Below, in pieces: positions 54,230 to 63,231 of a stretch of 64,000 bases of DNA. The notes under the pieces were generated by a model. It was not told the DNA's origin. It did not search any database and was given only the letters and a program-made list of their open reading frames with translations. The position numbers and the translations under genes were made by a program. The DNA comes from an uncultured Actinomycetota bacterium (GTDB lineage Bacteria > Actinomycetota > Actinomycetes > Mycobacteriales > CADCTP01). The stretch lies in contig CAVSMA010000004.1 in assembly GCA_963728945.1 (NCBI GenBank), positions 532,710 to 596,709 of the forward strand, written 5' to 3'. The stretch's first letter is position 1; every line of letters starts with the position of its first letter.

Positions 54230-55273
54230 GCGGCTGATCAGTGACTCGGCCCAGGTGATGTAGTCGAGCGGGAGCTCGCGCAGCACCGACCAGTCCCGGC
54301 CGGCGGTCGCCGGCTCGTCCAGCACCGCGGACGCCGAGGCCGCCAGCGACCGTACGTACGCCAGCGTCTCGTCCACGAACGTGCCCTGCTTGAGCGCGGC
54401 GAGCACCTTGTCCACCTGGCCGTCGGTCAGGTCGCGCCCGTCGGAGGCGAGCACGTCGCGGATCCAGGCCAGCTCCGGCCGGCGCAGCGCCCGCAGCAGC
54501 GGCACCGTGTAGGTGCCCTGGCGCAGGTCGTTGCCGACCGGCTTGCCCAGCAGCTCGGTGGTGGAGACCAGGTCGAGCAGGTCGTCGAGGATTTGGAAGG
54601 CGTCGCCGAACCGGTCGCCGAAGCGCCTGGCCAGCTCCAGCTCCTCCTCCTCGGTGACGCCGGCGGCGAGCGCACCGATCACGCAGCCGGACCGGAACAG
54701 CGTGCCGGTCTTCAGCGAGATCGACCGCCGCGCCCGCTCCTCGGTGCGGCCGAGGTCGTACGCGTCGGTCATCTCCATGACCTGGCCCTCGATGAGCTCC
54801 ACCAGCGACTGGATGAGCTCGGACGCGACCCGCGGGGAGACCGACAGCGCGGCCTGGCCGGCCCGGGCCAGCAGCCGGTCGCCGACCATCACCGCCATGC
54901 TGGTGCCGTAGTCGGCGTTGACCGTGCGGACGCCGCGCCGCTCGGTCGCGGCGTCCATCAGGTCGTCGTGTGCGAGCGAGCCGGCGTGCACCATCTCGAC
55001 CGCCGCCGCGGCGGTGATCTCGGTGCCGTCCGGCACCCCGCCGAACGCGCGGTGGGTGAGCAGCAGCAGCACCGAGCGCATCCGCTTGCCGCCGGTGGCC
55101 AGCAGCTGCGCCACGGCGGTGTCCATGCCGAGCTCGCTGGAGCCCAGGGCCAGCCGGTGCACCTCGGCATCGACCAGCTCGAGCTCCTCCTGCACGGCAG
55201 GCAGCGCGGAGATCGGGACCGTCACCTTGCGAAAGTACATCGCGGTCACTGAGCGCGCCTTGGCAACCTCCAC
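54227..55273 (-). CDS. trans-polyprenyl diphosphate synthase family protein
   Basis: FARM LAHDDLMDAATERRG and SARM FQILDDLLDL. Start 55273 (GTG) or 55240 (ATG). Confidence 0.85.
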   Translation of the reverse strand: MEVAKARSVTAMYFRKVTVPISALPAVQEELELVDAEVHRLALGSSELGMDTAVAQLLATGGKRMRSVLLLLTHRAFGGVPDGTEITAAAAVEMVHAGSLAHDDLMDAATERRGVRTVNADYGTSMAVMVGDRLLARAGQAALSVSPRVASELIQSLVELIEGQVMEMTDAYDLGRTEERARRSISLKTGTLFRSGCVIGALAAGVTEEEELELARRFGDRFGDAFQILDDLLDLVSTTELLGKPVGNDLRQGTYTVPLLRALRRPELAWIRDVLASDGRDLTDGQVDKVLAALKQGTFVDETLAYVRSLAASASAVLDEPATAGRDWSVLRELPLDYITWAESLISR

Positions 55274-55315
55274 GCCGTCCGGGCCCTACCTCGCCGCGAG
55301 GTACGATGCTCGGCC

Positions 55316-56299
55316 GTGAGCATCGCCCATCCGCTCGACCAGCCGGCGCAGCCGGTCCCGCCGCTCGGCCACAGCAGCGAGACCCTCTCCCCCCGGCGCG
55401 GCGGCCCCAACACGCTCGACGTCACCGTCGTGCTGCCCTGCTACAACGAGCAGGACCACGTGCTGATGGAGCTCGAGCGGATCACCCGCGCGATGGACGA
55501 GACCGAGTTCAGCTACGAGCTGCTGGTCATCGACGACAAGTCCACCGACGACACGCTCGCCGTGCTGCAGGAGGCGCTGCCGCGGTTCCCGAACATGCGG
55601 CTGATGCCGTTCCGCCGCAACGGCGGATCGGGCACCGCGCGCCGGATCGGCACCAACGAGGCATACGGGCGGATCGTCGTCTGGACCGACGCCGACATGA
55701 CCTACCCGAACGAGCGGATCCCGGAGTTCGTGCAATACCTGCTCGACAACCCCGACGTCGACCAGGTCGTCGGCGCCCGGACCACCGAGCAGGGCACGCA
55801 CAAGTTCCTCCGGGTGCCGGCCAAGTGGGTAATCCGCAAGGTCGCCGAGCGGCTGGCCGCGACCAAGATCCCGGACCTCAACTCGGGCCTGCGCGCGTTT
55901 CGCCGGGACGTCTCGCTGCCCTACCTGCGGCTGCTTCCGCCCGGGTTCTCCTGCGTGACGACGATCACGATGTCATTCCTGTCCAACCAGCACCCGGTCG
56001 ACTACCTGCCGATCGACTACGCCAAGCGCGCGGGCACCTCGAAGTTCCACTTCGTGAAGGACGCCTACCGCTACATCCTCCAGGTGCTGCGGATGGTCAT
56101 GTACTTCAACCCGATCAAGGTCCTCATGCCGCTGGCGCTGTGGCTGTTCTTCTTCGGCATCGCCAAGGGCATCGCGGATGTGATCCGGCACGACCTGCGG
56201 GTGACCACGAGCACGCTGCTGTTGCTGATGAGCGGGTTGATCATCGGTTCGATGGCGCTGCTGGCCGACCTCATCGTCCGGTCCCGCGCGGACACCTGA
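55316..56299 (+). CDS. membrane-anchored GT2 polyprenyl-phosphate glycosyltransferase (GtrB/ArnC/DPM-synthase-like)
   Basis: VVLPCYNEQDH, LLVIDDKSTDDT, DADMTYP. Two C-terminal TM helices (VLMPLALWLFFFGIA; LLLLMSGLIIGSMALLADL). Confidence 0.8.
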   Translation: MSIAHPLDQPAQPVPPLGHSSETLSPRRGGPNTLDVTVVLPCYNEQDHVLMELERITRAMDETEFSYELLVIDDKSTDDTLAVLQEALPRFPNMRLMPFRRNGGSGTARRIGTNEAYGRIVVWTDADMTYPNERIPEFVQYLLDNPDVDQVVGARTTEQGTHKFLRVPAKWVIRKVAERLAATKIPDLNSGLRAFRRDVSLPYLRLLPPGFSCVTTITMSFLSNQHPVDYLPIDYAKRAGTSKFHFVKDAYRYILQVLRMVMYFNPIKVLMPLALWLFFFGIAKGIADVIRHDLRVTTSTLLLLMSGLIIGSMALLADLIVRSRADT

Positions 56300-56354
56300 C
56301 CATCGCCGGGCCCGCGCCGCCCCCGGCGGGCCGTCACCCGGACCCACGGGCGCG

Positions 56355-56465
56355 CCCCGTCAGTCGCGGGCCCCGTCAGTCGCGGGCCCCGTCAGTCGCG
56401 GGCCCCGTCCGCGGTCAGGCGCAGGCCCCGTCAGTCGCGGGCCCCGTCAGTCGCGGGCCCCGTCA
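56355..56465. repeat. 17-bp tandem repeat x~6 (CCCCGTCAGTCGCGGGC, one diverged unit); the last unit overlaps the stop of the convergent GT2 gene
   Basis: Read directly. Confidence 0.9.
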
Positions 56466-57158
56466 GGCGGAGCGGCCGAGCCGGATGCGGCTCAGGATCC
56501 AGATCGCCTCGACGCCGTCCCGCCAGGTCAGCTTCTTGCCCTCGGCCCGGCTGCGGGCCCGGTAGCGGATCGGCACCTCGTACGGCCGGATGCCCCGCTT
56601 GAGCAGCTTCCCGGTGATCTCCGCCTCCATGCCGAAGCCGGCCGAGCGCACGTCGAGCGAGCGGTAGACCTCCAGCGGCATCAGCTTGAAGCAGGTCTCC
56701 AGGTCGCTGATCCAGGAGTCGAACAGCGCGTTGGCGAAGAACGTGACGCCCTTGTTGCCGAGCACGAACCAGAACGAGAACGCGGTGTGGCTGGAGAACG
56801 AGCGGGTCCCGTAGACCACCTCGTCCTCGGCCTCGCCCTCGAGCACCGGGCGCAGCAGCGCCGGCAGGTCCTCCGGCGAGTATTCGAGGTCGGCGTCGCA
56901 CATGACCACGTGCGTGCCGGTGGCCGCGGCCGCCGCGGTCCGGATCGCCGCGCCCTTGCCGCGGTTAACCGGGTGGGTGTGCACCGACACCCGGGGGTCG
57001 TGGATCCCGGCCAGCAGCGCGGCGGTGCCGTCCGAGCTGCCGTCGTCGACAATGACCAGCTCGACCTCGCACGGGTAGGGCACGTCGAGCACCCGCTTGA
57101 CGACGACCTCGACGGTCTCGGCCTCGTTGAAGACCGGCATGAGGATCGACAGCTTCAC
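56463..57158 (-). CDS. soluble GT2 glycosyltransferase (polyprenyl-phosphate sugar synthase-like)
   Basis: [41 protein letters not shown] coupling to the upstream decarboxylase gene. Confidence 0.8.
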   Translation of the reverse strand: MKLSILMPVFNEAETVEVVVKRVLDVPYPCEVELVIVDDGSSDGTAALLAGIHDPRVSVHTHPVNRGKGAAIRTAAAAATGTHVVMCDADLEYSPEDLPALLRPVLEGEAEDEVVYGTRSFSSHTAFSFWFVLGNKGVTFFANALFDSWISDLETCFKLMPLEVYRSLDVRSAGFGMEAEITGKLLKRGIRPYEVPIRYRARSRAEGKKLTWRDGVEAIWILSRIRLGRSA

Positions 57159-58117
57159 CGCGCAGCCTCCAAGTTGGTCACGGCGTCGCGGATCCAGGCG
57201 ATGGTCGGCTTGAGCCCGTCCTGCAGGGACACCGCCGGCTCCCAGCCGAGCTCGGCGCGGGCCAGCGTGATGTCCGGCTGCCGCACGGTCGGGTCGTCCT
57301 GCGGCCGCGGCACGAACTCGATCGGCGAGGCGGAGCCGACCGCCTCCCGGATCAGCTCGGCCAGCTCCAGCACCGAGAACTCGCCGGGGTTGCCGATGTT
57401 GACCGGGCCGGCGAGGTCGGAGCCAGCCAGTCGGAGGATGCCGTCGACGAGGTCGTCGACGTAGCAGACGCTGCGGGTCTGCGCGCCGTCGCCGGCCACC
57501 GTGATCGGTTCGCCGGCCAGCGACTGCCGGATGAACGTGGGGATGGCCCGGCCGTCGTCCGGCCGCATCCGCGGCCCGTACGTGTTGAAGATCCGCACGA
57601 TGCCGGTGTCGACGTCGTGGGTACGTCGGTAAGCCATCGTCAGCGCCTCGGCGAACCGCTTCGCCTCGTCGTACACGCCGCGCGGGCCGACCGGGTTGAC
57701 GTGCCCCCAGTAGGACTCGGGCTGCGGGTGCACGGCCGGGTCGCCGTACGCCTCCGAGGTGGACGCGAGCACGTAGCGGGCCCCCTTCTCCCGGGCCAGC
57801 CCCAGCGTGTGCAGGGTGCCGATCGCGCCGACCTTCATGGTGTGGATCGGCAGGCGCAGGTAGTCCACCGGCGAAGCCGGTGAGGCGAAGTGCAGCACGA
57901 GGTCGACGTCGCCGGTGACGTGCACGTAGTCGGTGACGTCGGCCTGCACCATCCGGAACGGGCCGATGCCGATCAGGTGTGCGACATTGCCGGGGTCGCC
58001 GGTAACGAAGTTGTCCAGGCAGAGAACGTCCCAGCCGTCGTGCAACAGCCGCTCGCAGAGGTGCGAGCCGAGGAACCCGGCACCCCCGGTGACGACCGCG
58101 CGGGGCCGACGTGCCAT
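57155..58117 (-). CDS. UDP-glucuronate decarboxylase (UDP-xylose synthase, UXS-type SDR)
   Basis: [74 protein letters not shown]. Confidence 0.75.
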   Translation of the reverse strand: MARRPRAVVTGGAGFLGSHLCERLLHDGWDVLCLDNFVTGDPGNVAHLIGIGPFRMVQADVTDYVHVTGDVDLVLHFASPASPVDYLRLPIHTMKVGAIGTLHTLGLAREKGARYVLASTSEAYGDPAVHPQPESYWGHVNPVGPRGVYDEAKRFAEALTMAYRRTHDVDTGIVRIFNTYGPRMRPDDGRAIPTFIRQSLAGEPITVAGDGAQTRSVCYVDDLVDGILRLAGSDLAGPVNIGNPGEFSVLELAELIREAVGSASPIEFVPRPQDDPTVRQPDITLARAELGWEPAVSLQDGLKPTIAWIRDAVTNLEAAR

Positions 58118-58211
58118 TGCGACCTTCCTCTCGCCTCAGGACGGCCGGTCCGGCCCCCCCGCGAACCGGCCAACAATAGCCGCCCGGGCGTACCAGCCCG
58201 ACGGGACCGTC

Positions 58212-60923
58212 CTACCCGGCGCTGCCCGGTGGACGCCCGTCCGTGGAGACATCCTCGGCGTTGCCGGACGGCTGTCGCCCGGCCGGCGGACGGTCCCGGT
58301 CGTCGCCGTCGTGGGCAGTGCCGCCGTCATGGGCAGTGCCGCCGTCATGGGCAGTGCCGCCGTCATGGGCAGTGCCGCCGTCATGCGCACCGTCGGCCGG
58401 CGACTCCTCCTCCTCCTGCGGCGTCGCGTCCTCGACCAGGTCGGACATTCGGCGCCGGCGCCGCAGCAGGAGCGGTACGAGCACAATCCCGAGCACGGTG
58501 AGGGCGGCCAACCCTGCACCCGCCTGCAGCGGCCGGTCGACGTAGGTGAACCGAACCTGGTGCTTGCCGGTCGGCACGACGACCCCGCGGAAGGCGTGGT
58601 CGGTCTGCAGCAGCTCGGCAGGCTTGCCGTCCACGGTGACCCGCCAGCCCGGGTACCACGAGTCGGCGAGCACGAGCAGGGACTGCCGGTCGGTGCGCAC
58701 CCGCACGTCGACGGTGCCGCTGAGTTGGGTGCTGGTCTGCACCTCGTCGCCCGCGGCGCTGGCCGGCACCGGGTCGATCCGCACCGGCTTCTCGACCATC
58801 GCCCGCTGCAGCAGCGGGTAGCCGTTGGTCAACCGGTTGATCCGGTCGGCGCTGCTCGGGACGACGTCGACCTGGTGGACGAGCCGGGCGAGGTTCGTGC
58901 CGTCCCGCTTCCACCTCAGCGTATAACCGTACTTCCCGTCGAGCCGAAAGCCCTCCCGCTGCAGCACGGACCGCTCCGATGCGGGCAGCTGGTCGCCGGT
59001 GATGAACCACTTCACCGCCATGAAGTCGAGCGTGTCCCAGTTCCACTTAGACGGCGGCGAGCTGATCGCGCCCGAGGCCAGGTCGCCACCGCCACCGGCC
59101 GCGGCGTAGTAGAACTCGCGGTACCACCGCAGCGGCAGGAACCCGCCGTCCCGGCCGACGATCGTCTCCGCCTGCACGGCCAGGTTGGTGTCCGGCGTCG
59201 CCGGGATCCGGGTAGCCATGCCGGCCCGGTAGTAGGACAGGGTCGTCGGGTCCTGCGGGATGTCAGCCGGGATCGGGATCTCGCCGAGCTGGTTGGGCGC
59301 CGGCCGGCCGGCGATCGACAGGTAGCGGCCGCCCTGGTCCGACAGCGCCGCGAGATTCTCGCCGTAGTCGTTGTAGATCTGGTCGGGCGCCTTCTGTCGC
59401 CACTCGGCCCCTGGCCGCCCGTGCACCAGCTCGACCGCGGTGACCGCCAGCAGGATCAGCGCCGGCACCGCCCGCGGCACCCTGCGCACCCCGGCGATCA
59501 GCCAGGCCACCGCGCCGACCGCAACCGCGGCGGCCCACCACTTCAGCGTGGTGCGGCCGTTGTCGACCACGTCGACCACGACGAGCGCCGCCCCGGCGCC
59601 GACCGCCAGCACCACCAAGCCGGCGACGCCCTGCGTCAGCCGCGCCTTCCACCGCCCAACGTACACGCTGAGCAGCTGGTCGAGGCCGAGCGCTGCACCG
59701 ACGCACAATCCGAATGCCGACAGCAGCAGCCAGCGGGACGGCACCCGGAAGCCCCGCAGCAGGGAGACGTGGTCGTACAGGAAGCTGTACACCGGCTCCT
59801 GGCTGCCGATCGCCATGAGCAGGCCGAGGCCGATCGAGACCAGCACGAAGACCCGCACCCACAGGTCCCGCCAGCCCCGCACCGCGATCGCCAGGCCGAT
59901 CAGGCAGGTTGCGGCCAGGCCGACGAACGCCTCGTTCTCCCCGACCAGCACGTGGTTGAAGTCGGGCAGCAGCGCGTTGAGACCCCACTGCTTGGGCAGC
60001 GGGTACTGCTGGCGGAAGGTCGGCGAGTTCCGGTAGGTCTGCCGGCTCAACAGCAGCGAGGGGAACAGCTGCCAACCGAACAACAGCACGAACAGGCCGA
60101 CCGCGCCGCCGAGCGTGGCCACCGCCTGACCCAGCCGGCGCAGGATGCCGCCGCGCTCCCGGAAGAGGATCCACGCCGCGCCGTACAGGGCCAGCGCGAC
60201 CATGATGTAGAGCCACTCCTCGACGTGGCCGGCGAGGAAGCCGAGCCCGATCGAGACCGCGCAGGCCACCACCCAGCGCAGCGTCCGCCGCTCCAGGGCC
60301 ATGTGCCCGGTGAGGAAGATCAGCGGCATCAGGCAGATCACCTCGACCTGGCCGCCGAGCGTGATGTGCGCGAGCGTGCTCGCGCCCATCGTGAAGCAGA
60401 TGGCGCCGAGCCAGCCGGCCCACATCGATGTACGGAGGCCGAGCCGGCAGTACGCCCACATCGCCACCGAGGCGAGGATGAAGTGCGAGATCACCACGAC
60501 CTCGAACGCCGTCGCGGTCGGCAGGAACCAGAACGGCAGGTTGCCCGGGTAGACCGCGCCGTGCTGGGTGTTGGCCATGTACGGCTCGCCGCCGTAGTTG
60601 GTCCGCAGCCAGATCGGCAGCCAGATCCCGCGGCTGGCCAGCTGTCCGAGACCGTGCGCCTGCGGGCCGAACCAGTTGACGATGACGTCTTCGTAGAACG
60701 TCTGCCGGCGGTCCCGCAGCGCAGGGATGGCCCAGTAGGCGAGTCCCACCGTGATCACGGCGATGCCGACCGCCTCGGCCAGCAGTCCGCGCCGGCTCGG
60801 CCGCTCGTCCTCGGCGACCGCGGGCACCGGCGGACGGATACGCCGGGACGGCCCGGACTCCGCCGCCTCCTGCGGCGGCGGCTCCAGGTCGGTCGACGTC
60901 TCCATCTCCCGCTGCTGGGTCAT
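58212..60923 (-). CDS. YfhO-family-like polytopic membrane protein (extracytoplasmic glycosyltransferase candidate)
   Basis: ATG 60923. More than 12 TM helices. C-terminal hallmark SWYPGWRVTVDGKPAELLQTDHAFRGVVVPTGKHQVRFTY plus a final TM, then an HDGGTA x4 tail. Confidence 0.6.
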   Translation of the reverse strand: MTQQREMETSTDLEPPPQEAAESGPSRRIRPPVPAVAEDERPSRRGLLAEAVGIAVITVGLAYWAIPALRDRRQTFYEDVIVNWFGPQAHGLGQLASRGIWLPIWLRTNYGGEPYMANTQHGAVYPGNLPFWFLPTATAFEVVVISHFILASVAMWAYCRLGLRTSMWAGWLGAICFTMGASTLAHITLGGQVEVICLMPLIFLTGHMALERRTLRWVVACAVSIGLGFLAGHVEEWLYIMVALALYGAAWILFRERGGILRRLGQAVATLGGAVGLFVLLFGWQLFPSLLLSRQTYRNSPTFRQQYPLPKQWGLNALLPDFNHVLVGENEAFVGLAATCLIGLAIAVRGWRDLWVRVFVLVSIGLGLLMAIGSQEPVYSFLYDHVSLLRGFRVPSRWLLLSAFGLCVGAALGLDQLLSVYVGRWKARLTQGVAGLVVLAVGAGAALVVVDVVDNGRTTLKWWAAAVAVGAVAWLIAGVRRVPRAVPALILLAVTAVELVHGRPGAEWRQKAPDQIYNDYGENLAALSDQGGRYLSIAGRPAPNQLGEIPIPADIPQDPTTLSYYRAGMATRIPATPDTNLAVQAETIVGRDGGFLPLRWYREFYYAAAGGGGDLASGAISSPPSKWNWDTLDFMAVKWFITGDQLPASERSVLQREGFRLDGKYGYTLRWKRDGTNLARLVHQVDVVPSSADRINRLTNGYPLLQRAMVEKPVRIDPVPASAAGDEVQTSTQLSGTVDVRVRTDRQSLLVLADSWYPGWRVTVDGKPAELLQTDHAFRGVVVPTGKHQVRFTYVDRPLQAGAGLAALTVLGIVLVPLLLRRRRRMSDLVEDATPQEEEESPADGAHDGGTAHDGGTAHDGGTAHDGGTAHDGDDRDRPPAGRQPSGNAEDVSTDGRPPGSAG
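58311..58382. repeat. 18-bp tandem repeat x4, in frame (HDGGTA) in the C-terminal tail of CDS 58212..60923
   Basis: Read directly (GTGGGCAGTGCCGCCGTC / ATGGGCAGTGCCGCCGTC). Confidence 0.9.
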
Positions 60924-60967
60924 GGGCGCTGAGTATGTCAGGTCGGGCGTGTCGGACCCGCCGGGCG

Positions 60968-63097
60968 TCAGCCGGAGGGCAGCTTGACCGGCTTGGGCGG
61001 CCACGGCGGCGGCACGATGGGCAGCCGAGCCAGCCCGGCCGGGTCGATGTCGTACCAGACCCAGGCGCCGCCACTGTGCTCCGGCGCCCGGCCGAGCACC
61101 CGGTCGAGCACGTCGATCTGCTCGGCCACGTGGATGTGCGCCTGGTCCCGCAACACGACCGTGCGGACCTGCCAGGCGGCGAGGTTGGCCCGCATCTCGT
61201 GGATGGTCTCCGAGTTCAGGCGCGGCTGCGGCCCGCGCCGGACCCGGGCCATCACCCCGCCGAACGTCGACGGATACGGCCCGAACTGGCCGCGCCCGTC
61301 GTCGCCGGGGTGCAGTGAGTAGCCAAAGGGAACCTTGAAGCGGTAGTGCGCCGCCGACTGCCAGACCATCGGGGCTGACGTCTGCGGACTGGCCGGCGGC
61401 AGGGTGACCAGCACGCTGCCGTCTGGCACCCGTGCCTGCACGGCGACCGAGGTGAACCAGGGCGGTATGTCGGCATCCCTGATCCCGTTGTACCGATAGG
61501 AGGTCGGCAGCAGCGGCAGCAGAGCGACGACAGCGAGCGCGGCGGCCAGGGCGCCGGCCGAGACGCCCGCGGTCGGCCGCCACGCCCGGCGAGTGCCGGT
61601 GCCCTCGGCCGGGGCCGGCTCCGCCCGCCGCGTACGGATCCATCCGCGCAGGCCATCCATCCCGACGGCGAGCAGCAGCGCGCACAGCAGCACCGCGTAC
61701 GAGGCCAGCCGGCTACTGACCAGGCTCTCCAGCAGGGGCAGATGCTCGACAACGCGGAACGGCAGCGGCACGCCGGTCTCGTGGCCGCCGACCCTCAGCG
61801 ACCGGCCGGACGCGAGCACCATCACCGCGAGCAGGGTGAACCCGGCCCAGCCGACCACCGGTCGCGAACGCCAGAGCAGCACGACGACTCCGACCGCGAT
61901 CACGAGCAGTGGGATGCCGAGGTAGCTGCCGTTCTCCGCCACGTTCCCGCCCAACCGGCTGCTGATGTCGAGCGCCGCGGGCGACGCGAAGTGCACCAGC
62001 CGGCTCGGCACGACCCAGCTCAGCAGGTCGGCCCGGTAGAGGTCCGGGCTGCTCACCGTGCCGGTGAGCCGTTGCGGCCCGGTGAGCTGGTTCTTCAGCG
62101 GGACGGCGGCGAGCGCCAGCGCGGTCACCCCGGCCAGGGTCAACCCGGCCAGCGCGTGTGGCAGCCTGGTCCTGACCCGGCCGGGGAAGAGCACGATGAG
62201 CACGCCCGCGCCGACCCCACCGATCAGGGCGGCGCTGGCCAGCAGCTCCTCGGCGGTGAGCAGCTGCGCCACGGCCACCACCGCGAGCAACGGGCCGGTG
62301 ATCCAGAACCGGATCCGTTGCCGAACCAGCAGCTCGTCCAGCAGCAGGAGCATGACCGGGATCAGCAGCAGCAGGAGCATGTGGGCGTGGCCCAACCCCT
62401 GGCCGATCATGTACGGCGAGAAGCCGTAGAGCAGGCCGCCGGCGAACGCGGCCGGTGGCCAGGGCGCCCACCGGCGCAACACGAGGTACGCCGAGGTGGC
62501 CGTGCCGGCGAACGCCACGACGACCAGGACGTTGTAGCTGAAGATCACGCCCCACTCGGCGGTGAGCGGGCTGAGCAGGAACCCGGGCAGCGGCAGCGAG
62601 ACGTTCCACATCACATTCACGCCGGTCGGGTAGAACAACCAGTCGGTGAACAGCGGGTTGTGCCCATGCCCGAGGGCGTACTGCATCCAGCCCAGATACC
62701 ACATCGTGAAGCCGCCGTCGCCGCAGCCGCACTGCGTCAGCTTGGTCGGCGCCCGCCACGCCGGAGCGAGCCGGAGCATGCCGAGCGCCGTGTAGATCAC
62801 CGCCGGCACCAGCACCACGGCGGCTCGGGCCGGCCAGCCGGCCGGGACGGTCCACGGGATGCTCCCGCCCCGGCCGCCCGACCCGAGACCGCGCAACCGG
62901 GCGCTCCACCGGTCCCGCCCGGCCGCCACCGCGACGCCGGATCCGGCCAGAACACCGGGCCCGACGGGGGTGGGGGGGTCGACAGGGGTGGCGGGTCGGG
63001 CGGCCTGTGCGTTGCCGGCCGGCGCCGGGCTGTCCGCGGGGCGGGCAATCGCCGCAGCGCCGCCCCGCCAGCGCGGTCGCCAACTCCCGATCGTCAT
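60968..63097 (-). CDS. polytopic membrane protein with large C-terminal extracytoplasmic domain, putative GT-C-type glycosyltransferase
   Basis: ATG 63097. Motif region FTMWYLGWMQYALGHGHNPLFTDWLFYPTGVNVMWNVS, about 12 TM helices, C-terminal ~200-aa soluble domain. Confidence 0.55.
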   Translation of the reverse strand: MTIGSWRPRWRGGAAAIARPADSPAPAGNAQAARPATPVDPPTPVGPGVLAGSGVAVAAGRDRWSARLRGLGSGGRGGSIPWTVPAGWPARAAVVLVPAVIYTALGMLRLAPAWRAPTKLTQCGCGDGGFTMWYLGWMQYALGHGHNPLFTDWLFYPTGVNVMWNVSLPLPGFLLSPLTAEWGVIFSYNVLVVVAFAGTATSAYLVLRRWAPWPPAAFAGGLLYGFSPYMIGQGLGHAHMLLLLLIPVMLLLLDELLVRQRIRFWITGPLLAVVAVAQLLTAEELLASAALIGGVGAGVLIVLFPGRVRTRLPHALAGLTLAGVTALALAAVPLKNQLTGPQRLTGTVSSPDLYRADLLSWVVPSRLVHFASPAALDISSRLGGNVAENGSYLGIPLLVIAVGVVVLLWRSRPVVGWAGFTLLAVMVLASGRSLRVGGHETGVPLPFRVVEHLPLLESLVSSRLASYAVLLCALLLAVGMDGLRGWIRTRRAEPAPAEGTGTRRAWRPTAGVSAGALAAALAVVALLPLLPTSYRYNGIRDADIPPWFTSVAVQARVPDGSVLVTLPPASPQTSAPMVWQSAAHYRFKVPFGYSLHPGDDGRGQFGPYPSTFGGVMARVRRGPQPRLNSETIHEMRANLAAWQVRTVVLRDQAHIHVAEQIDVLDRVLGRAPEHSGGAWVWYDIDPAGLARLPIVPPPWPPKPVKLPSG

Positions 63098-63231
63098 CGC
63101 CCCGTCCGTCTCGGTCCCCGTTCGACCGTCGGAGCGGGATGGGCGGAGCCGGTGGGCCAGCCGACCCGCGACGGCCGACGCAACGTTAGCGTTCCCGCCT
63201 AACCGAGCGGCGGAACTCCCGAGGGTTCGAT

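Noticed and set aside
54044-54244. 66-aa ORF (…PGVPDWTRSPRLDPESPTG… x3)
   Set aside because: It is the three-frame translation of a 19-bp repeat. The unit is not a multiple of 3, so it is a repeat artefact.
63205-63231. tRNA-like GGGTTCGATTC (T-loop-like) next to the rmlD stop, a possible att/tRNA remnant
   Set aside because: No complementary T-stem, acceptor stem or anticodon arm can be drawn, and the motif overlaps the rmlD stop codon.
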